Position numbers and translations under genes: made by a program. Under the pieces are notes generated by a model, which made no database searches, was not told the DNA's origin, and worked only from the letters and a program-made list of their open reading frames with translations. Positions 7,119 through 16,041 of a stretch of 34,199 bases of DNA are shown here, piece after piece. This DNA is from a virus (Duplodnaviria; Caudoviricetes), in the IMG/VR virus record IMGVR_UViG_3300013118_000245, positions 1 through 34,199 of that record, one strand, 5' to 3'. Each line of letters begins with the position of its first letter. Positions within the stretch are counted from its first letter, which is position 1.

Positions 7119-9010
7119 TTTGGGATGAACAGCTAACGCAGATCAAGGGCGGCATCAACAAAGATGTGGCCAGGATACAGAGGAAGCTCGACCGGGCGAT
7201 TGCCAAGCGCAAGCCCCATGCGGAGCGGTGGAAGAAGAACTGGGACTACCTCAAGGGCAAGGGGCATAATGACATTGCCGGTGATGCGCCGAGGATCAAC
7301 AAGACCCGCGCATTTGTAAACAACCGCACGGCCTCGTTCATCTACAAGAACCCCCGGTTTATCGTTCGGCCGGTGAACCAGAACGGACTAGACGAGATCC
7401 CTGCCCCGACTCAAGAAGACCCAACGGCCACTGTCCCGAGGCATATCATAGCAGAGCATCTCCTGAACTTCGTCATGTCTCAGCCGGGCATGGGCGCGGA
7501 CAGGAAGAGTCGCAGGTTCGGCAAGAACGGCATCGTCTCTCTTGGTGTTTCCAAGGTGGGGTATTCTGCTGAGTTTGATGACGGCGAGTATTCCGATAAC
7601 TTCTACGCACACGACGATGCACAGGGCTGGTTGAGAGACCCTGGCGGTGATTCCGATACTGATGGCCGGGGGGTTCCGCAGAACCTCATCCCGACAACCG
7701 AAGAGTACGGCAAGAAGTATCCCTTGAAGCCCACCAGTGAACGATGGTTCTGGGATGTCGTCCAGCCACAACGGATGTTGTACGATACTGACGGGGAGTC
7801 GGAGTTCCGAGATCACGATTGGGTGGCGTGCGAGTATTACTGGCCGCTTGATTCAGTCAAGAACAACCCGCGATTCAATAAAGAGGTCACGAAAACGCTC
7901 AAGGCCACGGTGAAGGCCGAGCAGATTAGCGAGATGGAAGTTCTCGCGGTTGAGCAGGGGATAACGCTAGACCACAAGCTAGAGGACGAGGACGAGTATG
8001 CCCGCGTCTTCGAGTTCTACGATATCAGGCATAAGGAAGTCTTGTGGCTTGCTGATGGGTGTTCGGACTTCCTGGCGACAGAGGATTATCCCGACGGGGT
8101 AGACCACTCGCCTTATGTACACTTCGCGCCCGACGAGAATGACGGGGAGTGGTTCCCGCACAACATCGTCACCGACCTTATCCCGATCAACCAAGAGATA
8201 GACAAGATCCATCAGGCCGACCTTTATGCGTTCTACGGCAACCCCCCCAAGTGGGGGTATATCGAGGGGCATGTAGAGGACGACGAGATGGAGAAGGTCG
8301 TTTCTCCTGTTCCGAACGAGTATGTCAAATTCAACAAGCAGGCTGCGGGAGATCCGCGCAAGAGCGTATTCCCGTTGGATCGGCAGTTCTCGCCGCCCGA
8401 TACCTACATGCGGCTGCAACAGTTGGAGCGCGACTTCGACGAGGTGGCCGGGCAGTCTTCGGAATCTAGGGGCCGCGCCTCTTCTAAGTTGGCTACGGGG
8501 ATCAACGAGATATCGCAGGCCAACAGGGTCCGCGAGGACGACTTCAGGGCGCAGTTCTCTGCCAAGCTCAAAGAGGTCGGCAAGAAGATGCTGGACTCTA
8601 TACAGGCGAACATGGACGTGCCTACGGCCGTAGCTATCGAAGGCCCTGACGGCGAGATGTTTGTCAACACGATTACACCGGACATGCTTGAGGGCGACTT
8701 CGACGTGTCGGTTGACGTAGAGGACATGATGCCCCGGTCTACTGACTTGGAGGCGTCGAACTTGGTTCAGATCGGGAACCTGTTCGGGCAGTACCCGCTA
8801 ATGGGCGCGGATGAAAGGGTATCTGGTCCGATCTTGGACAAGTTCCATATCAACTCCAAGCCTATCCGAGAGGGCTTGACGGAGATGGCCCAGATGTACG
8901 TTCAGATGACCATGGGGCCTCCGCCGAATCAGCCTGATGCTCAAGGCGGGACGGAGCCAGCCGCAAACACTGGCGACCTAGCCGCTCAGATGGGGGGACG
9001 ACTTGGGTAG
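7115..9010 (+). CDS. Portal protein
   Basis: 631 aa acidic protein directly after terL; KVGY, P22/podovirus-portal-like LATGIN and GDFDVSVD segments; Pro/Gln-rich C-terminus. Confidence 0.88.
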   Translation: MIWDEQLTQIKGGINKDVARIQRKLDRAIAKRKPHAERWKKNWDYLKGKGHNDIAGDAPRINKTRAFVNNRTASFIYKNPRFIVRPVNQNGLDEIPAPTQEDPTATVPRHIIAEHLLNFVMSQPGMGADRKSRRFGKNGIVSLGVSKVGYSAEFDDGEYSDNFYAHDDAQGWLRDPGGDSDTDGRGVPQNLIPTTEEYGKKYPLKPTSERWFWDVVQPQRMLYDTDGESEFRDHDWVACEYYWPLDSVKNNPRFNKEVTKTLKATVKAEQISEMEVLAVEQGITLDHKLEDEDEYARVFEFYDIRHKEVLWLADGCSDFLATEDYPDGVDHSPYVHFAPDENDGEWFPHNIVTDLIPINQEIDKIHQADLYAFYGNPPKWGYIEGHVEDDEMEKVVSPVPNEYVKFNKQAAGDPRKSVFPLDRQFSPPDTYMRLQQLERDFDEVAGQSSESRGRASSKLATGINEISQANRVREDDFRAQFSAKLKEVGKKMLDSIQANMDVPTAVAIEGPDGEMFVNTITPDMLEGDFDVSVDVEDMMPRSTDLEASNLVQIGNLFGQYPLMGADERVSGPILDKFHINSKPIREGLTEMAQMYVQMTMGPPPNQPDAQGGTEPAANTGDLAAQMGGRLG

Positions 9011-9452
9011 GCATGACTATATGTGCGAGTGCGGTATGCTTGTACGGGACGTGTGGCAGGAGATCAGCGACCCGCATGTGTATACCTGCCCCGGCTGCAG
9101 CGGCCAGATGGAGCAGGACTTCGGTAATGCCCGGCTGACGATCATGGGGGACTTGCCGACCATAGGGGTTTACAACGGGTACTACGACCCGAACCTGGGG
9201 GAAGAGATTACCTCAAGCAGGCAACGCTCAGAGCTAATGAAGAAGAAGGGACTTGAGCCCTTCAGCATGGACGACGATCAGGCGAGGATGCACAAAGAGG
9301 TTGAGTACACAATGAAACACGCCCCAAAGAAAGAGGCAGGCAGGGCGATAAATAAAATGGCTGCCGACACTCTCAGAAAGAAGGATGAGCGGTTTATAGC
9401 AACGACCATCGACCCAGTGATCGACAAGGCCGTTGGATCGCTCTCCGATTAA
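9003..9452 (+). CDS. FmdB-like Zn-ribbon protein
   Basis: HDYMCECG...CPGCSGQM and YYDPNLGEEITS; typical position between portal and scaffold. Confidence 0.7.
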   Translation: MGRHDYMCECGMLVRDVWQEISDPHVYTCPGCSGQMEQDFGNARLTIMGDLPTIGVYNGYYDPNLGEEITSSRQRSELMKKKGLEPFSMDDDQARMHKEVEYTMKHAPKKEAGRAINKMAADTLRKKDERFIATTIDPVIDKAVGSLSD

Positions 9453-9494
9453 ACAAACGGAGTCCCATTGGGACCAACCGGAAGGATAGCGCAC

Positions 9495-10295
9495 ATGGAA
9501 GACCTGGACACGCAGTTGGACGAAGCGTTAGACAGCATTGATCTTGGGGAAGCTCCAGAGGATGAGGTGGCCACCGAATCCGAAGAAGCCAATCCCGAAG
9601 AGGTTGTTGTCGCGCCGGACGACCAAGCGGAGCCCGAAGAGACCGTGAGCGACCCATACGCCGACTTTGCCAAGACCGGCAACCCGCAGCTTCTCCCAGA
9701 GGGTGATACGCGGGACCGGATCATGGACTTGTACGGCGCATACACTCAGTCTCGCCAAGAACTCTCAGAGGCAAAGAAGGTTCCTGTAGAGACAAAGAGT
9801 GAAGAGGCCCCGGCGATTGATCTCGACGCCGACGCCGGAGAACTGACCGCTCAAATCCAAGCCAGGATTGCATACGAGGTGGGTAAGGCCACACAACCTA
9901 TGCAGGAGGCTTCGGCCAAGACGGAACTGTTCATGAAGGAACAGGCGCAACAGAAGTTCTACAACGACCTCACCGGACACGTCCGGGGTCTTGATGGATT
10001 CTCACCAGAGATTGAGCAGGCGATGTCTCGCACGATTGAGCAGCACAGTACGGACCCGGACTTCATGCGCACGATGCACACAAAGGCGGGCCTGGGGATG
10101 CTGTTTGATCGCACTAAAGCCGAGCTAAATAAAGCTCAAAAACAAGACGGGGCGGCCAAGAGGGCAGAGGGTAAAAGAAATGCTCCTGCTCCAGCTAAAA
10201 CGTCACGAGGGGAGCCCCTCTCTGTGGCGGAGAAGATGAATGGCCTTGACCCGTTTGACATGATTGATAAAGCCGTTAGCGAGGCTATCGGCTAG
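9495..10295 (+). CDS. Capsid scaffolding protein
   Basis: Very acidic N-terminus, YTQSRQELSE coiled coil, immediately upstream of the major capsid gene. Confidence 0.75.
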   Translation: MEDLDTQLDEALDSIDLGEAPEDEVATESEEANPEEVVVAPDDQAEPEETVSDPYADFAKTGNPQLLPEGDTRDRIMDLYGAYTQSRQELSEAKKVPVETKSEEAPAIDLDADAGELTAQIQARIAYEVGKATQPMQEASAKTELFMKEQAQQKFYNDLTGHVRGLDGFSPEIEQAMSRTIEQHSTDPDFMRTMHTKAGLGMLFDRTKAELNKAQKQDGAAKRAEGKRNAPAPAKTSRGEPLSVAEKMNGLDPFDMIDKAVSEAIG

Positions 10296-10308
10296 GAGGT
10301 GATTAGGC

Positions 10309-11394
10309 ATGTCCGTTACTGCGGATAGTGGCCAGACCTTCTCTTACTTTACGAGTGCGATTGCTGCAACTGCCGATGCGTTGCATAAGGGCGGTGCCTT
10401 TGTAGATATTATCTCCAAGGGAACTCCGACTCTTGATCGTCTCCGACAGAAAGGGAAGATCAATTTCCAGGGGGGCCGTCAGGTTGCTATTAACCTGATG
10501 TATGGCCTGGATACTCCCGTAAATTCGTATAGCGACCTTGATCCTTTGACGATCTCCCGTCCTGACGGGATGAGTGAATACTTCGCTCCGTGGGCGCAGT
10601 ATCACTTCCCCGTTCTCGTTTCCGGCCATGAGGCCAGGACGAACAAGGGCAAGGCGCAGATCGCAAACCTGTTGAAGATGCGCTTCCGGCAGGGCATGAA
10701 CTCTGCTAAAGAGCGTCTTTCCGATGACTGCTGGGACTATACTGGTCTTGTCCAGGCGAGCGAAGTTATTTCCTCGTCCGGCAATGGCGGCAAGAACATC
10801 ATGTCGATCCCGATGTTGGTCCCCGCCTATACCGGCATGGATACCAACGATAGCCGCGACTACGATCTGTATGGAATCGACACGTCGGCCAAGGCGTATT
10901 GGCAGCCGCAGATTCAGGATGGCGGCGGATCGCTTACGGCTGCCACTCTGATCAACGGCCTTCGGACTCTGTTCCTGAACTGCTCCAAGCAGGGTGCGGG
11001 CGAGCCTGATTTGGCCATCGCGGATTACACGTCGTATGCCAACTACCTGTCTGCTCTTGACACCAAGATTCAGTATACTTCTTGGGACAAGGCTGACATG
11101 GGCTTCAAGGGCGTAGAGTGCATGGGCGCGACCATGTATCCCGACCGCCATGTGCCAGACGTTGACAATGCCCAGAACTGGGATGATACCGTTGTGGATG
11201 GCTCCGTGTTCATGTTGAACTCCGAGCATATCTTCTTGGCGATCCTTGATTCCGCCGACTTCAAGCCGGAGACTCCGCAGAAGCCTGTTGATCAGGATGC
11301 CATCGTAACCAACCACTTCTTCGAGGGTCAGCTTTGTGTCGATCATCGGTCCTGTCACGGGATCATGCACGACATTCCTGCTACTCTGTCTTAA
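10309..11394 (+). CDS. Major capsid protein (HK97 fold)
   Basis: 361 aa; GGRQVAINLMYG, EPDLAIAD, MGFKGVECMGATMYPD, FMLNSEHI and GQLCVDHRSCHG fit a common environmental-phage capsid family. Confidence 0.88.
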   Translation: MSVTADSGQTFSYFTSAIAATADALHKGGAFVDIISKGTPTLDRLRQKGKINFQGGRQVAINLMYGLDTPVNSYSDLDPLTISRPDGMSEYFAPWAQYHFPVLVSGHEARTNKGKAQIANLLKMRFRQGMNSAKERLSDDCWDYTGLVQASEVISSSGNGGKNIMSIPMLVPAYTGMDTNDSRDYDLYGIDTSAKAYWQPQIQDGGGSLTAATLINGLRTLFLNCSKQGAGEPDLAIADYTSYANYLSALDTKIQYTSWDKADMGFKGVECMGATMYPDRHVPDVDNAQNWDDTVVDGSVFMLNSEHIFLAILDSADFKPETPQKPVDQDAIVTNHFFEGQLCVDHRSCHGIMHDIPATLS

Positions 11395-11408
11395 TGGAGG
11401 TGAGATAA

Positions 11409-11852
11409 ATGACTACCGTAAGTGATCGACTTACTACTGGCGCGAAAGAGCCTAGCGGGACTCACGAAACGTATCTGACTGCAGGTGCCGTGACGAAGGG
11501 TTACGCCGTTTCTCTCGCCTCTGCGGGCACTATCACGGCTTCCGCGACTGCGGATCTTTCCAGTGTAATCGGCGTCGCAGCGGAAACTGCGGCATCTGGT
11601 GAACTGTGCAAGGTGCTTGTGCGCGGGTTCTGCGATTACGTTGTGACTGACGGGCTCGTGGCTGCGACTGATCTTGTGCTTCATGTTATCAATGGCGGCA
11701 CCTGCTCTGGTGCCACTGAGGCCGAGATCACCGCAGACCCGACACTCGGATATCATGTATTCGCAAAGAACCTTCTGGCTGCCGACTCTGGCACTACTGG
11801 CACATGCTACGTAAATGCCGGTGCTGGCGGATCTGGTGGAGCGACCTCTTAA
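11409..11852 (+). CDS. Capsid decoration/cement protein (DUF2190-like)
   Basis: Small Ala/Gly/Thr-rich protein with VIGVAAETAASGELCKVLVRG, directly after the capsid gene. Confidence 0.7.
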   Translation: MTTVSDRLTTGAKEPSGTHETYLTAGAVTKGYAVSLASAGTITASATADLSSVIGVAAETAASGELCKVLVRGFCDYVVTDGLVAATDLVLHVINGGTCSGATEAEITADPTLGYHVFAKNLLAADSGTTGTCYVNAGAGGSGGATS

Positions 11853-12530
11853 ATGACGTTAGTATCCAAAGTAACAGAGCGAGTGAGGGCGTACTACCAG
11901 TACGGCTCCACTAGGTATACGGATGCCGAACTTCGCGAGATGGTTCATGCTGCAGACTGCGCTATCCGCGAATGCACGGAACTGACGTATGCCTCTTTGG
12001 ATATTCCGTTACAGGCTAACACCATTTACTATAGTCTTCCGTCTGACGTGATCAGGGTTCGCTCTGTACTCTACTCGTTAGACGGGACGACTTTCGACGA
12101 TGGCGTACTCAAGCCATGCGTGTTCTCGGACCTCGACTCAACATATAGACTTTGGTCTACAAATACGGGGGCTACTCCTGAACACTATGGGATCTTGGGT
12201 ACGCCGGGATCGCCCTCTGCATACTTGTTTGTGTGGATGCCGTTGTCCACAATAGCAAGTCAGACTGTAAGGGTGTTTTACACGAAATGCTATCCCGACA
12301 ATGACGCCGCCTTTGCTGCTTTGGATGATGTGGACGATAAGGTGATTGATGCATGTTATGTGCCTCATGTCCTGTCACAGATTTACGCCATTGACGACAT
12401 CCATAAATTCCAGAGTCATTGGCTAGAGTATATGGCCGGGGTGGACAAGATGGCCGCTCATTACGCAAGCCGGTATCAGTCGTTTACTCCTAGACTCGGG
12501 GTTGGCATGAGCGACGGGCAGTTGGCATGA
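11853..12530 (+). CDS. Head-tail adaptor protein (paralog 1)
   Basis: YSLPSDVIRVRSV...LDSTYRLWSTNTGATPEHY adaptor-like pattern. Confidence 0.7.
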   Translation: MTLVSKVTERVRAYYQYGSTRYTDAELREMVHAADCAIRECTELTYASLDIPLQANTIYYSLPSDVIRVRSVLYSLDGTTFDDGVLKPCVFSDLDSTYRLWSTNTGATPEHYGILGTPGSPSAYLFVWMPLSTIASQTVRVFYTKCYPDNDAAFAALDDVDDKVIDACYVPHVLSQIYAIDDIHKFQSHWLEYMAGVDKMAAHYASRYQSFTPRLGVGMSDGQLA

Positions 12531-13330
12531 ATTGGGGCGAACTTGTAGATGCCTTTGAGTCCTATGTGGGCAACTCTTATTTCACGGAGTCGTCCATTAA
12601 GATATTCATGCAGAAGGCCCTGCGGAGGATCAACGCCAACAGCAAGGTCATCAAGAAGCGTCAGGCAGTTAACCTGACTGCCGGTCAGCGGCTTTACGAC
12701 TTGCCTAGTGATTGCCACGAGGTCTACAGAGTTACTTACGACGGCCACATGATCGAGCCGTACACTCAGGCGCGGCTAGATGCAGAGTCTAGGACGTGGC
12801 GGAATGCCTCTGGAGAGCCGTATCTGTACTATGTGGACCGCCTGAACAACCAGATTGGCCTGTACCGAACGCCGGATGTTTCCACTACCGTAGCTGGGGC
12901 AAGCCAAGAGGATGGCGTGGCTGTCCTTATGGGGGCCTCTGAGGACGGCCTTATCATAGACATCTCTACAGATGATGGATTTCCTATGGCCGAGGACGGG
13001 ATTCCTGTTCTTGAGATGACGGGGAATCATTTGGAGGTGTTCTACTGGGCCGAGCCTGCCGACTATCATCCTGGGTCCGAACCCGATCTGCCACAATGGG
13101 CGCAGCACGTACTTGTGTGGTCTGCCCTGGCGGAGGCGTATCGGGCGGGCCTGCCTGATGTAGACGAAGAAAGGGCGGCGGCGTTTGCTCTGATGGCGGG
13201 GGATTTGGAAGAGCGGATACAGGGCAGAACTGCGAACGTGATCAACAAGACGTGGAACAGGAATCAGGGGCGAGGTCAAAAGACGCGCTCAATCCAGCAG
13301 AGATACCCTGCTACAATTGGAGACGTGTGA
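12527..13330 (+). CDS. Head-tail adaptor protein (paralog 2)
   Basis: YDLPSDCHEVYRV...LDAESRTWRNASGEPYLYY...PDLPQWAQHVLVWSALAEAY. Confidence 0.72.
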   Translation: MNWGELVDAFESYVGNSYFTESSIKIFMQKALRRINANSKVIKKRQAVNLTAGQRLYDLPSDCHEVYRVTYDGHMIEPYTQARLDAESRTWRNASGEPYLYYVDRLNNQIGLYRTPDVSTTVAGASQEDGVAVLMGASEDGLIIDISTDDGFPMAEDGIPVLEMTGNHLEVFYWAEPADYHPGSEPDLPQWAQHVLVWSALAEAYRAGLPDVDEERAAAFALMAGDLEERIQGRTANVINKTWNRNQGRGQKTRSIQQRYPATIGDV

Positions 13331-16032
13331 TGCGACGAGCAATTCTAGTGATTCTTGCCCTGTTGATTGCTACTGCGGGGTATTCCCAGACGGTGACGCG
13401 GAAGATTACGCCCAAAGACCTAGAGTACAAGGTGGGGAACTTTGATCGCCCGTCTCAGGTGTGGGCTGACTCATTGATCTCTCGTCCTGGGTTTACGCCG
13501 ATCAACGTAACGGCTTTCGGCGTTGACCATACTGGGGCTACTGACTGCTCGGACTCCTTGCAGGCCGTCATTGATTCTGTCGAGGTGTGGGGCGGCGGAG
13601 ACATCTACCTCCCGCCTGGGGATTACTTGATCGGGACCACCATCCTCCTTGAGAGCAATAGCAGCGTTGGCGAGATGACGCTTTCCATGTACGGGGCAAC
13701 GCTCAAGAAGGCCGCCGCCCTCAACGGCCCGGTCATCCAGCTTGGGGACACGACGAGTTCTATAAGCAATGTATCTATTATGGGCGGCACGATCATGCCC
13801 GTTTCTGATACTCGGGACTGGGATTCCGGCACGGTGGGCATACAGTTAAATTCTGCATATCGGTGCCGCGTGGTTGATACGCATGTCAGGAATTTTGAAA
13901 AGGGGATTGAACTCGCGGCCCAAACCAGTAAGGGGTGCGTATACAACTATATCGCCCCAAGGATGATTTACGACTGTTTGTACGGGATATATGTAAGTCA
14001 GGTCGTTTCTGGTTGGTCAAACGATAACCACTTTGAGGGTGGCTCGGTCTATTATAGTTCATCCCTGAGCGCGGTTGACGCGAGTGCTGGCGCGGCGATT
14101 TGGATGGAGCCGCAGGCCGGGGCATCACTTACCATTAGCGGTAACTATTTTGAGGGTGTAAGTCTTGAGTACGCAGGTGGTGCGGCAGATGGATCTATAC
14201 CGGACGCGATTTATGGCACGTTTTACAACTGCTCGTTTATCGGATTGCGGTATGAGGATTTTGACGGGACCGGCGCGCTCACGCCGATAAACATAAATGC
14301 AAACTCAGAGGGTCTTGTGTTTTCCGGCGGGGACGGCTTACAGGCCGAGAAGTTCACCAACCTCAAGGTCGGAACAGTTCTTGACGCCAGACGACGGCAT
14401 AGACTTGTCGGGGAATATCAAAACAAGTCTGGAGGTGGCCCGGTATTGGAATTGAAAACGCGGGGCAGCTATGATGAGCAGCCCGTGTTTGATGTTGTAG
14501 ACGCCTCCGATGACACGCTGTTTGCCGTTCGGGGCGATGGCGGGATCGTGACGCTCTCGGACCCCTTTGACGTCAGGGCATATGGTGCAATCGGCGACGG
14601 CTCTACAGACGATACAGCAGCCATCCAGGCTGCGATAGATGCGTGTGAGGCGGCGGGCGGCGGAGAAGTGTTTCTTCCGGGCGGTGAGTACCTATTGTCT
14701 GGAACGGTGTACCTTGGGGATGGCGTGGCGTTTGTCGGGACTGGGCCGGGCGTAACAATAATCAGCGTTGACGCGTCGGCCTCGTTTGGTGAGGGGATTA
14801 TTTCTAGCGAGAACGGGACGCTCGGCAACCATCTTGGCAATACAGATATTAGCATTGAGAGTCTTTCGGTCGCAGGCAATCAAGAACAACCGTCATCTGG
14901 TAGCGCACGCGGGATCTGGCTCAAGAATGTCATTGGCGCGACGATACGCGATGTCCACATAACGGACACGTATGATGAGGGCATTCGGATTTATGGCATC
15001 GGGTCCGGTGACACGATGTCCAGCGATATCCTTATACAGAATTGCACAGTGTCTAAAGATTCGCTTTGGGCCGGATGGAATCTCGACGCGCTGATTTCAC
15101 TAACGTCATATACCCAGAATGCCACGAATAGCACAGATGAGATTGTCCGTGTATTTGATGTGGCCGTTCGGGACTGCTTTTTGAGTGGCGGCACGCAGGG
15201 CGTGCAGGTGTATAATAGCGGGCGCGTGACGATTGAGGGCAACCACATGGAGTCGTGCGACCATCGCGGCGTTAACATTGGTCCGACAAGCGAGTCTGTA
15301 AATGTTATCGGGAACAACATTCTGAATAGTGGCGGGGCCGGGATACATGCGGCGTACAGGAATAAGCGCGTTGTCATTTCCGGCAACATTTGCCGGAACA
15401 CGGTGCGCGACCCATCTACTGTCGGGCAAGAGGGGCAAGGCATTAAGGCATATAGGGGTTTCGATGACCTCTCCATTACCGGAAATGTTTGCACCGATAA
15501 TTTTTCGGATGGCATTGCTGTTCTCGGATTAGATAACGAGGGCGAGGGGTTCGCGGTCACCGGGAATACGTGCAGCGATAATGGCAGAGATGGCGTTAGG
15601 ATTATGGGCGCGGCATATACCGGCTCTGGCGGCTATGTGGTCAACGGCATTATCAGTGGGAATCTCTTGGCCCATAACGATTCTAGCGGGATTTATGTCG
15701 GGTCTGATACGCTTACGTATGTTCCCAAGGACATTCAGATAGGCCACAACACGCTTATTGGCAACGGGCGCTATGGCATTGAGGTCTTTGATTGTCTCGA
15801 TCTTTCGATTGCGCCATGCCATTCTGACTCCAACACGCTGGGAGATCATTTGCTGGCGCAACTGGTGCTGGCGGCTGGCGAGATCCGCCCGATGACGCTT
15901 GAGGGCACAATAACTCCCGTGGGTAATGTGTGGGCACCGCTCGGGTCACTATACAGATATGCAGATGCGGACTCAACGTTAATGGTCAAGACCGATGCGG
16001 ACAGCACGGACGGCTGGGCGCTGGCCCCGTAG
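13330..16032 (+). CDS. Tailspike/depolymerase with two pectate-lyase-like beta-helix modules and an N-terminal signal peptide
   Basis: INVTAFGVDHTGATDCSDSLQAVID and FDVRAYGAIGDGSTDDTAAIQAAID caps; many I-x-G-N repeats; C-terminal PVGNVWAPLGSLY...GW fibre motif; TGATG-coupled start at 13330. Confidence 0.85.
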   Translation: MRRAILVILALLIATAGYSQTVTRKITPKDLEYKVGNFDRPSQVWADSLISRPGFTPINVTAFGVDHTGATDCSDSLQAVIDSVEVWGGGDIYLPPGDYLIGTTILLESNSSVGEMTLSMYGATLKKAAALNGPVIQLGDTTSSISNVSIMGGTIMPVSDTRDWDSGTVGIQLNSAYRCRVVDTHVRNFEKGIELAAQTSKGCVYNYIAPRMIYDCLYGIYVSQVVSGWSNDNHFEGGSVYYSSSLSAVDASAGAAIWMEPQAGASLTISGNYFEGVSLEYAGGAADGSIPDAIYGTFYNCSFIGLRYEDFDGTGALTPININANSEGLVFSGGDGLQAEKFTNLKVGTVLDARRRHRLVGEYQNKSGGGPVLELKTRGSYDEQPVFDVVDASDDTLFAVRGDGGIVTLSDPFDVRAYGAIGDGSTDDTAAIQAAIDACEAAGGGEVFLPGGEYLLSGTVYLGDGVAFVGTGPGVTIISVDASASFGEGIISSENGTLGNHLGNTDISIESLSVAGNQEQPSSGSARGIWLKNVIGATIRDVHITDTYDEGIRIYGIGSGDTMSSDILIQNCTVSKDSLWAGWNLDALISLTSYTQNATNSTDEIVRVFDVAVRDCFLSGGTQGVQVYNSGRVTIEGNHMESCDHRGVNIGPTSESVNVIGNNILNSGGAGIHAAYRNKRVVISGNICRNTVRDPSTVGQEGQGIKAYRGFDDLSITGNVCTDNFSDGIAVLGLDNEGEGFAVTGNTCSDNGRDGVRIMGAAYTGSGGYVVNGIISGNLLAHNDSSGIYVGSDTLTYVPKDIQIGHNTLIGNGRYGIEVFDCLDLSIAPCHSDSNTLGDHLLAQLVLAAGEIRPMTLEGTITPVGNVWAPLGSLYRYADADSTLMVKTDADSTDGWALAP

Positions 16033-16041
16033 CGAGGAACA

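Noticed and set aside
10303-11370. 355-aa antisense ORF over the capsid gene
   Set aside because: Shadow ORF from codon bias; no motifs
13252-13329. Longer tailspike N-terminus given in the ORF track
   Set aside because: Overlaps the adaptor gene by ~80 nt; TGATG coupling at 13330 fits the pattern used across the genome
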